Shown here: positions 1 to 8,436 of the stretch, in pieces | Numbering within the stretch: the stretch's first letter is position 1 | How the letters are laid out: every line of letters begins with the position of its first letter | Assembly: GCF_900105015.1 (NCBI RefSeq) | Contig: NZ_FNLK01000010.1 | Span: 209,346-241,345 of the forward strand | Length of the DNA: 32,000 bases | From: Schaalia meyeri | GTDB lineage: Bacteria > Actinomycetota > Actinomycetes > Actinomycetales > Actinomycetaceae | Direction of reading: 5' to 3' | Translations under genes and position numbers: made by a program | The notes under the pieces: model-generated | Databases searched by the model: none | Told to the model about the DNA's origin: nothing | The model's input: only the letters and a program-made list of their open reading frames with translations

Positions 1-3
1 TAT

Positions 4-1062
4 GTGCGCCGTGCCACTGTGGCTTATCCTGGTCGGGTGATGGCGCGTGTTGAACCGGAACAGATCATTGCTCCGCTGGGTGCGGGGGAGGCGCGCATTC
101 CCGCGCTCGTTGCACTGGGGGATGGAAGGACGGTCCTGTTCTACGACGAACGGCCGGCCCCGGCCTGCGGTGCGGGATCCGATTTTAACGGGCTGACCAT
201 GGCCTCGGACCTGCCGAATCCGAACCGGATCCGGTGGGTGGAACGGCAGGCGGCGGGCCGTTGGTCTGCTCCCCGCCCGCTGCCTGCGGGGTGCCCTCCG
301 GTATCGTCGGACGCCTGCGTGGGCGTCGATGGGGGCGGGTGGATGCACCTGGCCTTCGCGTCAACGCGGGGGTGCGTCGGCTATATGGATTCGCGCGCAG
401 CCGGCGAGCGCCTGCGCGCCTGGTGGGCGTGGGGGAGCATCCCCGAGGAACTGACCTACGAGGACGTCACGGACCGGCTGTATGAGGAGACGGGCGCGGA
501 TGGGCTCTTCGCCGCCTCGGGAGGAACCGTCAGCTTCGGCGGCGCCGTGGCGCTGCCCTACGTCGTGCGGACGGGGGACCTGACCCGCGTGTGCGTCGTG
601 TTCGCGCGCGGCGGTGAGCTGGCGTGGGTGTCGGAGCCCCTGGAGGGGCCGCAGGGGGTCTTGCTGGACGAGACGACGGTGAGCGTGTGGGATGGGCGCC
701 TCGTGGCAAATTGCCGGATTCAGGGCTTCGAGGGGCGCGGGGCGGGTGCGCGCTACCTCGCGTGGGGCGACGGGCGCCGCTGGGATGGTGGGCGCATGTG
801 GGAGCTGGAGGACCCGGGGTGTAACGCGCGCCACATCGTAGACCTGTTTGTGCACCCGCATTCGCGTGGTGCGCGCGCGGGTGGAGCCGTCCTGCGGCTG
901 ACGCCCCCGTGGGAGGGCGAGGTGCGTGCCCGCCCGGTCGCCTCCCTCGGCGAAGGCGGGTTCGGTTACAGCGACGTCGCCGTGGGGGTGGGCCAGGCCG
1001 TGGTGGTGTTCGAGCGGGACCGTGGCCTGTGGGAGGCGGCGGTCCCGCTTCCCGGCGCGTGA
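4..1062 (+). CDS. Small exo-alpha-sialidase-like protein (GH33-like). The 5' end is uncertain: the frame is open to the window edge and there is an in-frame ATG at 40.
   Basis: 352-aa ORF. EARIPAL matches the sialidase (F/Y)RIP arginine motif near the N-terminus. WGDGRRW resembles an Asp-box (S-x-D-x-G-x-x-W). GFGYSDV near the C-terminus is where the nucleophile Tyr normally lies. The gene is adjacent to the nanR/nanA/nanK/nanE genes. No signal peptide is seen in the visible part. Confidence 0.55.
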   Translation: MRRATVAYPGRVMARVEPEQIIAPLGAGEARIPALVALGDGRTVLFYDERPAPACGAGSDFNGLTMASDLPNPNRIRWVERQAAGRWSAPRPLPAGCPPVSSDACVGVDGGGWMHLAFASTRGCVGYMDSRAAGERLRAWWAWGSIPEELTYEDVTDRLYEETGADGLFAASGGTVSFGGAVALPYVVRTGDLTRVCVVFARGGELAWVSEPLEGPQGVLLDETTVSVWDGRLVANCRIQGFEGRGAGARYLAWGDGRRWDGGRMWELEDPGCNARHIVDLFVHPHSRGARAGGAVLRLTPPWEGEVRARPVASLGEGGFGYSDVAVGVGQAVVVFERDRGLWEAAVPLPGA

Positions 1063-1080
1063 GCGTTTCTCCCCGAGCCC

Positions 1081-1740
1081 TCAGCGTCCCTCGATGATGG
1101 CCAGCAGGGGCGCGTAGTGCGCGTCAACGGCGGCGGCGTAGGCTGCCGGATCTCCTGCTTCGCAGGCGCGCAGGATCGCGGCGTGGGCGTCGGCGGCGTC
1201 CTCCATCTCCTGGCGCGACGCCGCGGCCAGCTGGGGGGTGACGCTCTGGTGGACCAGCCACATGGCGGCCACCAGCTGGTGCATGAGGGCGTTGTCCAGG
1301 TATGCGAGCAGCCCGGAGTGGAAGGCGATGTCCTGGTCCAGGTAGGTGGCGCCCTCCCGTGCGCGCGTGGCCATCGCGTCCACGAGTTCCCACAGTCGCG
1401 GGTTTGTGGTTCCCGTCATAGCGCGCGTGAGCGGCAGCGCGATCCCCAGGTCGAGGGCGTGCCGGGTCTCGACGATCGAATGCAGGGATTCGACCCCGTT
1501 GATTTCGTCCAGGGCGGCGCGCAACACCAGGGTCTCAACCAGTGGCTGCATGGACATGTCGCCCACGTAGGAGCCCGAGCCCTGGCGGACGGTCACGATG
1601 TCGAGCGCCTGGAGGCGACGCAGCGCCTCGCGCACGGAGGAACGAGACACGCCCAGGTCGGCGCACAGCGCCGATTCGGTCGGGAGACGGTCGCCGGATC
1701 GCAGTCCGTGGCGCAGGATGTAGGACTTGATCGCGTCCAT
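1081..1740 (-). CDS. nanR: GntR/FadR-family transcriptional regulator (NanR-like), divergent from the ABC importer
   Basis: The N-terminal wHTH GDRLPTESALCADLGVSRSSVREALRRLQALDIV is the classic GntR signature, followed by a helical FCD-type C-terminal domain. The track ORF runs to 2019, with in-frame ATGs at 1845 and 1740. I chose 1740 (219 aa, typical FadR size) because it leaves the palindrome at 1832-1842 intergenic. Confidence 0.8.
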   Translation of the reverse strand: MDAIKSYILRHGLRSGDRLPTESALCADLGVSRSSVREALRRLQALDIVTVRQGSGSYVGDMSMQPLVETLVLRAALDEINGVESLHSIVETRHALDLGIALPLTRAMTGTTNPRLWELVDAMATRAREGATYLDQDIAFHSGLLAYLDNALMHQLVAAMWLVHQSVTPQLAAASRQEMEDAADAHAAILRACEAGDPAAYAAAVDAHYAPLLAIIEGR

Positions 1741-1831
1741 CGTTACCGAGGATCGCGTGTCGATTGGTGCTGGTCCTGTGCGATTCTGTTCGGATGTGTG
1801 AGGCAATTGCGTCGTTATCGCTTGCACAGAT

Positions 1832-1859
1832 TTGTCTGACAACATACGATGAGTATAGC
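1832..1859 (+). promoter_or_regulatory. Candidate NanR operator (TTGTCTGACAA, 1832-1842) overlapping a candidate promoter (-35 TTGTCT, 16-bp spacer, -10 TATAGC at 1854-1859) for the ABC importer operon
   Basis: Perfect 5-1-5 inverted repeat that fits the generic GntR/FadR operator pattern (GT-Nx-AC core). It lies in the divergent region between the regulator and the SBP gene. The hexamers were read by eye. Confidence 0.4.
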
Positions 1860-1912
1860 GAGCGGAACAAAAGAACCGCACGTCCCAATTCTCGAAGATG
1901 AGGAGCGAGAAC

Positions 1913-3475
1913 ATGCGAATGCATAAACACTTCGCAACTGGCGCTGCGCTGACCGCAGCCGCCGCCATGATCCTGACCGCGTGCGGCGGATCGCCCACCT
2001 CGAACGGCTCCGGCGGCAACGCTTCCGGCGGGCCGAAGGGGACCGTTACGGCCGGTGTCGCCTACGAGACCACCGACTATGGGCCGATCACCACCTCGGC
2101 TCTTGGCATGGGTGCGAACTGGCAGGTCCTCGAGGGCCTGTACCGCTTCAACATGGCCGACTATTCCGTCAGCCCCGCGCTGGCCGGCGGTGACCCCGTG
2201 AAGGTCTCCGACACCGAGTACGAGGTCACCTTGCGCGACGGCGCGAAGTTCTCCGACGGCTCCAATGTGACCGCCGCTGACGTCGTTAGCTCCTACGAGC
2301 GCGCCACGTCCGAGAAGTCCATCTACCGTCAGTTCTTCACCTTCGTTGACTCCGTGAGCGCGAAGGACGACAAGACGGTCTCTATCAAGCTGAAGCACCC
2401 CTTCGCCAATCTGAAGGAGCGTTTCGTCAACGTTCGCGTGGTTCCCTCCTCCATGGACGAGGACGCCCTGAAGGCAAAGCCGATCGGCTCGGGCCCGTAC
2501 AAGTACGACACGATCACGGCCACCGAGATCACCGCCGTTCCCAACGAGAACTACACGGGTAACGAGCCCGCGAAGGTCGCCACCCTGAAGTGGCAGGCCC
2601 TCAAGGATGACTCCGCCCGTCTGGCCGCCGCTATCGGCGGCACGGTTGACCTCATGGAGGCCGTCCCCGCCTCCGCTCAGGATCAGCTCAAGGGCGCCGG
2701 CTGGAACGTCGACTCCAAGCCCGGCTACGGCAACCCCTTCATGATGTTCAACACGCGCAAGGCTCCCTTCGACAAGCCCGAGGTGCGCCGCGCTTTCCTC
2801 AAGGCCATCGACAGGCAGAAGCTGATCAACTCCGCGCTGGAAGGCCAGGCCGTCGAGGCGACCTCCTTCCTGCCCGAGGCGAACCCCGCCTACAAGAAGC
2901 CTTCGACCGACCTGTCCTACAACAAGGATGCCGCCACCAAGCTCCTGAGCGACGCCGGCGTGTCCGGGCTGGAGATCAACCTCGTGACGACGGACCACCC
3001 GTGGGTCCTGGCCCTGGTTCCCCAGATCAAGTCCGACCTGGAGGCGCTGGGCGTGAAGGTCAACCACACGCAGATGGCGTCCTCCGACCTGTACTCCAAC
3101 GTCACCGACGTGGATTCCCCCACCTACGACGTCGTGCTGGCCCCCGGTGACCCCTCGGTCTTCGGCGTGGACCCCGGCATCATCATCTCCTGGTGGAACG
3201 GCGACAACGTGTGGACCAAGAAGCGTGACGGCTGGCAGGAGTCGGATCCCGAATCCTTCAAGAAGCTCCAGTCCATCATGGACGAGGCCGTTCAGCTTGA
3301 CGGCGACGCCGCCAAGGCCAAGTGGGGTGAGGCTCAGGACTTGCTGGCCGAACAGGGCGTCCTGTACCCCCTTGTCTTCCGCAACATGATCACCGGCTCC
3401 AACCCAAAGAAGGTGGACGGATTCCAGGCGATTTCCTCCACCGGCCTGCAGCTGCTCGGTGTGAGCGCAAAGTAA
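1913..3475 (+). CDS. ABC transporter substrate-binding lipoprotein, family 5 (peptide/nickel/oligosaccharide type); likely sialic-acid or sialoglycan binding (SatA/SiaE-like)
   Basis: Signal peptide with lipobox LTAC-GG. GAGGAG lies 7 nt upstream of the ATG at 1913. The length of about 520 aa and overall pattern fit SBP_bac_5. First gene of an operon ending in nanA-nanK-nanE. Confidence 0.8.
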   Translation: MRMHKHFATGAALTAAAAMILTACGGSPTSNGSGGNASGGPKGTVTAGVAYETTDYGPITTSALGMGANWQVLEGLYRFNMADYSVSPALAGGDPVKVSDTEYEVTLRDGAKFSDGSNVTAADVVSSYERATSEKSIYRQFFTFVDSVSAKDDKTVSIKLKHPFANLKERFVNVRVVPSSMDEDALKAKPIGSGPYKYDTITATEITAVPNENYTGNEPAKVATLKWQALKDDSARLAAAIGGTVDLMEAVPASAQDQLKGAGWNVDSKPGYGNPFMMFNTRKAPFDKPEVRRAFLKAIDRQKLINSALEGQAVEATSFLPEANPAYKKPSTDLSYNKDAATKLLSDAGVSGLEINLVTTDHPWVLALVPQIKSDLEALGVKVNHTQMASSDLYSNVTDVDSPTYDVVLAPGDPSVFGVDPGIIISWWNGDNVWTKKRDGWQESDPESFKKLQSIMDEAVQLDGDAAKAKWGEAQDLLAEQGVLYPLVFRNMITGSNPKKVDGFQAISSTGLQLLGVSAK

Positions 3476-3496
3476 GGCCCGCAGGGGCCGGATAGG

Positions 3497-3564
3497 ACGG
3501 AGGGGTGGAACGCCCACCCATGAGGCAGACGCCACAGTGGGGCGCCACCCCTCCGTTCTCTTTG
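3497..3564 (+). terminator. Intercistronic long-range hairpin (12-bp stem ACGGAGGGGTGG / CCACCCCTCCGT) followed by TCTCTTTG; a partial terminator or mRNA-stabilising element after the SBP gene
   Basis: The stem arms at 3497-3508 and 3545-3556 are perfectly complementary, and a T-rich tail follows. It lies between the SBP stop (3475) and the permease start (3594). Confidence 0.35.
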
Positions 3565-3593
3565 CCAAAAACCACTGAAATGGAGGTCTAGCA

Positions 3594-4550
3594 GTGAATA
3601 ACCTTCTGCGTCTCATCGGACGACGACTGGTGGCCCTGCCGATCATGGTGGTCGGCGTGTCCTTCCTCGTCTTCTTCATCATGTCCCTGTCTCCCATCGA
3701 TCCGGCCTACTCGGCCCTGGGCGAGACGGCGACCCCCGAAGCCCTCGAAGAGTACCGCGCGCAGCACGGTCTCAAGGATCCCTTCTTTGTCCAGTACGGC
3801 CGCTACCTGTGGAACATGCTCCACGGCGACCTCGGCACCTACGGTGTCGGAACGTCCAACCACGTCAGCGACCTCGTGGGCCAGGCCCTGCCTATCACCC
3901 TGCAGCTGACCTTCCTGGGCCTGCTCTTTGCGGTCCTCCTGTCCTTCCCCCTCGGCGTGCTCGCCGCCCTGTACCGGGACCGCTGGCCCGACCAGGTCAT
4001 CCGCGTCCTGTCGGTCATCGGCATCGGCACCCCCTCCTTCTGGCTGGCTGCCTTGCTGGTCCTCGTCTTCAACCAATCCGTTCTACCTGTCTCGGGTTCC
4101 GTTCCCGCCCTCTCCGTAGACCCCGGGGGATGGTTCCTGCGCATGCTGCTTCCGGCCATCGCCCTGGCGGTTCCCGTGGTTGGTCAGATGACCCGAGTCG
4201 TGCGAACCTCCATGGTCGAGGAACTGGACCGCGACTACGTGCGTACCGCGGTGGGCGGCGGCATCCCGAAGCGAATCGTCGTGGCGCGCAACGTTCTGCG
4301 TAACGCGCTCATCACCCCTGTCACCGTCCTCGGCCTGCGCATCGGGTACCTGATGGGCGGCGCGGTCGTCATTGAAATCATCTTCGCCATTGATGGAATG
4401 GGCAAGGCGGTCCTGCTCAAGGGCATTCAAGAGAACTGGGTGACCCTGGTGCAGGGCGGCGCGCTCGTCGTCGCGATCGCCTTCATCGTCGTCAACATCA
4501 TCGTTGACATGCTCTACCTGCTCATCAATCCGCGTATTAGGTCGGTGTGA
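3594..4550 (+). CDS. ABC transporter permease (DppB/OppB-like)
   Basis: 318 aa with multiple hydrophobic helices and the N-terminal pattern typical of BPD_transp_1 permeases of family-5 systems. GTG start is preceded by GGAGG. Confidence 0.85.
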   Translation: MNNLLRLIGRRLVALPIMVVGVSFLVFFIMSLSPIDPAYSALGETATPEALEEYRAQHGLKDPFFVQYGRYLWNMLHGDLGTYGVGTSNHVSDLVGQALPITLQLTFLGLLFAVLLSFPLGVLAALYRDRWPDQVIRVLSVIGIGTPSFWLAALLVLVFNQSVLPVSGSVPALSVDPGGWFLRMLLPAIALAVPVVGQMTRVVRTSMVEELDRDYVRTAVGGGIPKRIVVARNVLRNALITPVTVLGLRIGYLMGGAVVIEIIFAIDGMGKAVLLKGIQENWVTLVQGGALVVAIAFIVVNIIVDMLYLLINPRIRSV

Positions 4551-4553
4551 GGC

Positions 4554-6599
4554 ATGAACCAGAAAGAAAAGCTCGCTAAGGTCACCGCGAAGGGGGCGCG
4601 TTTCTCGCGCATCGGCGCGATGTCCCTGGGGTCCAAGATCGCGATAGCCATCCTGGCGCTCGTCATCCTGATCTCGATCCTGTCGCCCCTCATCTCCCCC
4701 TACGGCCCCGATGAAATCCACGACAAGTGGCTGGCGCCCTCGGGCGAACACCTCTTCGGCACCGACCACGTGGGCCGCGACATTTTGGCACGCGTCCTGT
4801 ACGGAGGCCGCTTCTCCCTGCTGATCGGTCTGTGCTCGACCCTCATCGCCCTATTCTTCGGGGCGATCGTCGGTTCGGTCGCGGCGGTCGTCCGCAAGAG
4901 CCTGTCCGAGACGATCATGCGCGTCATGGACATCATCATGGCGGTGCCCGGCATCGCGATGGCCGCCGTCTTCGTGCTGGTGTTCGGCCGTACGCTGTCC
5001 AAGTCGGGCAACACGGTGGCCCTGGTGTTCGTCATCATCTGCTCGGTCGCCTTCGTCTATATTCCGCAGCTGTCCCGTGTCGTTCGTGCGAACGTCATAG
5101 CCGCCTACGGCGAAGACTACGTGCGCGCGGTGATCGTGTCCGGCGCCCGCGCCCCGTGGATCCTGATCAAACACGTCATGCGCAACACGGCCGCCCCCGT
5201 CCTGGTCTTCGCCACGGTGCTGGTCGCCGACGCGATCATCCTCGAGGCGTCCCTGACCTTCATCGGGTCGGGCCTCCAGGCGACCACGGTGGCCACGTGG
5301 GGCAACGTCTTGTCCGAGGCCTCGTCGAACCTGTCGGTTCTGCTGGGCAAGTGGTGGACCGCGTTCTTCCCGGGCCTGTTCGTCATGATCACCGTCCTGT
5401 GCCTGAACATCCTGTCCGAGGGCATCACGGACGCGATGGTGGCCGCCCCCTCGTCGGGGGCCGTCGCCCAGGTCGATAAGGATTCCGACCGCGAGGCCGA
5501 CAAGCTCCTGCTCGACCCGCGCCGCGCGTACGCCGAGCAGGCCGATTCCCTGCAGGCCCGCCTGGATGACTTGGAGGCCGTCGAAAGCAAGCGCACCGAC
5601 CGTTTCGAAGGGTCCTTCGAGGATGTGCCGCTGCTGGAGGTCAAGGACCTGTGCATCCAGTTCGACCGCCACGGCGACGTCAACGTCGTCGATCACGTCT
5701 CCTTCAAGGTGCGTCCGGGCGAAACCATGGGCCTCGTCGGCGAGTCCGGCTGCGGCAAGTCGATCACCGCCCTGACCATCATGGGATTGATCGACCCGAA
5801 GGCCAAGATCACCGGCAAGATCCTGTACCAGGGTGAGAACCTGCTGTCCAAGTCCATCGAGGAGCGCCGCGCGCTGCTGGGCCACGAGATGGCGATGATC
5901 TACCAGGATGCGCTGTCGTCCCTGAACCCCGCGATGCTGATCAAGGCGCAGATGAAGCAGCTGACCAGCAGGGGAGGTACGCGCAGCGCCGAGGAGCTCC
6001 TTGAGCTGGTGGGCCTGGATCCCTCGCGCACCCTCGAGTCCTACCCGCACGAGCTCTCCGGAGGCCAGCGCCAGCGCGTGCTCATCGCAATGGCCCTGAC
6101 CCGCGATCCGAAGCTCATCATCGCGGACGAGCCAACCACCGCGCTGGACGTGACCGTCCAGAAGCAGGTCATCGCCCTGCTCAACGAGCTGCGCGAAAAG
6201 CTGGGCTTCGCCATGATCTTCGTGTCCCACGACCTGGCGCTGGTCGCCGAGGTCGCGCACCACATCACCGTCATGTACGCCGGCCAGGTCATCGAGCAGG
6301 CCCCCACGAAGGAACTGCTCACCCACCCGACCCACGAGTACACGCGCGGCCTGCTGGGCGCCGTCCTCTCGATCGAGTCCGGCTCCGGGCGACTCCACCA
6401 GGTCCCCGGCACGGTGCCCTCGCCCCGCGACTTCCCGGCGGGCGACCGGTTCGCCCCCAGGTCCTCGCACCCCGACTACGGCTTGGATATCCGCCCGGTT
6501 CTCACCGCCGTGGGCCCCGAGCACGTGTACGCGGCCCTGCCGCCCCGCGACGACGAAGACGCCGCGCCAGAAACGAACGGTCAGGAGGAAACCCGATGA
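4554..6599 (+). CDS. Fused ABC permease (DppC-like) and ATP-binding domain (DppD-like)
   Basis: The N-terminal half is polytopic membrane. The C-terminal half carries Walker A GESGCGKS, signature LSGGQRQR and Walker B LIIADEPTTALD. A charged linker of about 70 aa joins the halves. Confidence 0.85.
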   Translation: MNQKEKLAKVTAKGARFSRIGAMSLGSKIAIAILALVILISILSPLISPYGPDEIHDKWLAPSGEHLFGTDHVGRDILARVLYGGRFSLLIGLCSTLIALFFGAIVGSVAAVVRKSLSETIMRVMDIIMAVPGIAMAAVFVLVFGRTLSKSGNTVALVFVIICSVAFVYIPQLSRVVRANVIAAYGEDYVRAVIVSGARAPWILIKHVMRNTAAPVLVFATVLVADAIILEASLTFIGSGLQATTVATWGNVLSEASSNLSVLLGKWWTAFFPGLFVMITVLCLNILSEGITDAMVAAPSSGAVAQVDKDSDREADKLLLDPRRAYAEQADSLQARLDDLEAVESKRTDRFEGSFEDVPLLEVKDLCIQFDRHGDVNVVDHVSFKVRPGETMGLVGESGCGKSITALTIMGLIDPKAKITGKILYQGENLLSKSIEERRALLGHEMAMIYQDALSSLNPAMLIKAQMKQLTSRGGTRSAEELLELVGLDPSRTLESYPHELSGGQRQRVLIAMALTRDPKLIIADEPTTALDVTVQKQVIALLNELREKLGFAMIFVSHDLALVAEVAHHITVMYAGQVIEQAPTKELLTHPTHEYTRGLLGAVLSIESGSGRLHQVPGTVPSPRDFPAGDRFAPRSSHPDYGLDIRPVLTAVGPEHVYAALPPRDDEDAAPETNGQEETR

Positions 6600-7414
6600 G
6601 CGCCGACACCCCGATCATCGAACTGAAGGACGTCGAGGTGACCTTCACCTCGCGTACCGGCTCCCTGTTCAAGCCCAATAGGGTGCACGCGGTGCGCGGC
6701 GTCAACATGCGCATCGAGCGCGGGCAGACGCTCGGCATCGTCGGCGAATCCGGTTGCGGAAAATCCACGACCGCGAACGTCATGTGCGGCCTGCAGATGC
6801 CATCGAAGGGCCAGGTGTTCTTTGGTGGCGAGGAGATCACGAAGCGCAACGCGGACGCGCGCAGGCGCGTCGGCCGCGTCGTCTCCGTGGTCTTCCAGGA
6901 CCCGGCGACCGCGCTGAATCCCCGCATGCACGTGCAGGATCAGCTCGCCGACCCGCTGCGTGTGCACGGGATCGGCGACGAGGCCTCGCGGACAAAACGT
7001 GTGCGCGAACTGATCTCGCTGGTCGGTCTGCCCTCAAGCGCGCTCGACGCGCTGCCCGGCCAGCTTTCGGGCGGCCAGCGCCAGCGCGTGGCGATCGCCC
7101 GCGCCCTGTCCATCGGCCCCGACGCGATCATCGCGGACGAGCCCACGAGCGCGCTCGACGTGTCGGTGCGCGCGCAAATCCTGAACCTGCTGACGGACCT
7201 GAAGAAGGACCTGGGCCTGGCGATGGTGTTTATCTCGCACGACATCCAGACGGTTCGCTACGTGTCGGACCGGATCGCCGTCATGAACGGCGGAAAGGTC
7301 GTGGAGGAGGGGCCGGCCGCGCAGCTGCTGGCCGCCCCGAAGGATCCCTACACTCGCAAGCTGCTGGGCGCCGCGCCCTCGCTGCTTCACCCCACCCTCG
7401 AAGGAGAGAACTGA
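6596..7414 (+). CDS. ABC transporter ATP-binding protein (DppF/OppF-like)
   Basis: Walker A GESGCGKST, signature LSGGQRQRVAIARAL, Walker B IIADEPTSALD. ATGA overlap with the upstream gene. Confidence 0.9.
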   Translation: MSADTPIIELKDVEVTFTSRTGSLFKPNRVHAVRGVNMRIERGQTLGIVGESGCGKSTTANVMCGLQMPSKGQVFFGGEEITKRNADARRRVGRVVSVVFQDPATALNPRMHVQDQLADPLRVHGIGDEASRTKRVRELISLVGLPSSALDALPGQLSGGQRQRVAIARALSIGPDAIIADEPTSALDVSVRAQILNLLTDLKKDLGLAMVFISHDIQTVRYVSDRIAVMNGGKVVEEGPAAQLLAAPKDPYTRKLLGAAPSLLHPTLEGEN

Positions 7415-8331
7415 TGACTTCGCAGATTCGTGGCGTTATCCCGCCGCTGGCTATCCCGCTGAAGGACGGTGAACTGGACGTTGCCTCGCTGGAGCGTCAC
7501 ATCAACCGCCTCATCGCGGCTGGCCTTCACGGCCTGTTCGTGTCGGGGTCCACGGGTGAGGTTGCCTTCTCCACCACCGAGCGCCGCGCCCAGATCCAGC
7601 GCGAGGTCGTGCGCATCGTCGACGGACGCGTCCCGCTGCTGGTCGGCGTGATCGACACGGAGACCGAGCGCGTCCTCGACAACATCAGGGCCGTGGAAGC
7701 CGTCGGTGGCGCCGCGGGCGTCGTGGCCACCGCCCCGTTCTACGCCCTCGGTGGCGAAACGGAGATCGAGCGGCACTTGAGGATTCTGGCAGAGAGCACG
7801 GACCTGGAGCTGTGGGCATACGACATCCCCGTGTGCGTGCACACGAAGCTGTCTCCCGACCTGCTGCTGCGCCTGGGCCGCGACGGAGTGCTCGCCGGCG
7901 TCAAGGACTCCTCCGGCGACGACGTTTCCTTCCGCTGGCTGGCCCGCGCGAACGAGGCCGCCGGTCGCCCGCTGCGTCTGCTCACCGGCCACGAGGTCGT
8001 CGTTGACGGCGCCTACATGTCCGGCGCCGACGGCTCTGTTCCCGGCCTGGCCAACGTGGACCCCGAGGGCTACGTGCGCCAGTGGCAGGCCTACGAGCGG
8101 CGCGACTGGGAGGCCGTGCGCACCGAACAGGATCGCCTGGCGGACCTCATGCGCATCGTCCAGGTGAAGGGCGTCCAGGGCTTCGGCGCTGGCGTCGGCG
8201 CCTTCAAGACCGCCCTGCATCTCCTGGGCGTCTTCGATTCTTCCGAGATGCCGCGTCCCGTTGGCGCCCTTGAGGGCGACAACGTCGAGCACGTCGCTTC
8301 CGTGCTGCGCACGGTCGGGCTGCTCTCCTGA
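7414..8331 (+). CDS. nanA: N-acetylneuraminate lyase (DHDPS/NanA family)
   Basis: GSTGE motif and KDSSGD with the Schiff-base Lys, at the spacing typical of the DapA/NanA family. The start ATG overlaps the upstream TGA. The track ORF from 6754 is an upstream extension that overlaps the ATPase gene. The nanK/nanE context supports the call. Confidence 0.8.
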   Translation: MTSQIRGVIPPLAIPLKDGELDVASLERHINRLIAAGLHGLFVSGSTGEVAFSTTERRAQIQREVVRIVDGRVPLLVGVIDTETERVLDNIRAVEAVGGAAGVVATAPFYALGGETEIERHLRILAESTDLELWAYDIPVCVHTKLSPDLLLRLGRDGVLAGVKDSSGDDVSFRWLARANEAAGRPLRLLTGHEVVVDGAYMSGADGSVPGLANVDPEGYVRQWQAYERRDWEAVRTEQDRLADLMRIVQVKGVQGFGAGVGAFKTALHLLGVFDSSEMPRPVGALEGDNVEHVASVLRTVGLLS

Positions 8332-8334
8332 TCG

Positions 8335-8401
8335 TCGACGAGGCCGGGGCCCTCCGTTCCGCATCCGCCGCGCCCTCGGGCGCGCGCCTCGGCCTCGTCG
8401 A
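8335..8401 (+). promoter_or_regulatory. Structured nanA-nanK spacer: 12-bp stem TCGACGAGGCCG / CGGCCTCGTCGA enclosing a GC-rich sub-hairpin
   Basis: The arms at 8335-8346 and 8390-8401 are perfectly complementary. There is no U-tail, and a T-run (ATTTTTCG) lies about 15 nt further on. Confidence 0.3.
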
Positions 8402-8436
8402 TCCCCTCTCTCACCCCATTTTTCGTAAGGAACCCC

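Noticed and set aside
1535-3697. 720-aa minus-strand ORF antisense to the SBP gene. Similar long antisense ORFs occur at 4851-6524, 7387-8982, 8989-9996, 10124-11665, 16647-17312, 17885-18682, 20239-21678, 21072-22478, 22539-23453, 23530-25206, 25112-26134, 29222-30649 and 31168-31950.
   Set aside because: The translated products are low-complexity G/R/D/V/H/A-rich strings with no recognisable motifs. The opposite strand encodes proteins with clear family signatures, RBSs and operon coupling. This is the typical stop-codon-poor antisense frame of a high-GC genome.
6754-8331. The track ORF extends nanA upstream by 220 codons. Similar N-terminal over-extensions occur at 21183 (ABC half-transporter), 1898 (SBP), 17380 (rplK), 25430 (rplJ), 26128 (rplL), 11373 (murB) and up to 2019 for nanR.
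   Set aside because: The extensions overlap the preceding gene in another frame and are Arg/Pro-rich nonsense. Internal starts give canonical N-termini, RBSs or stop/start overlaps.
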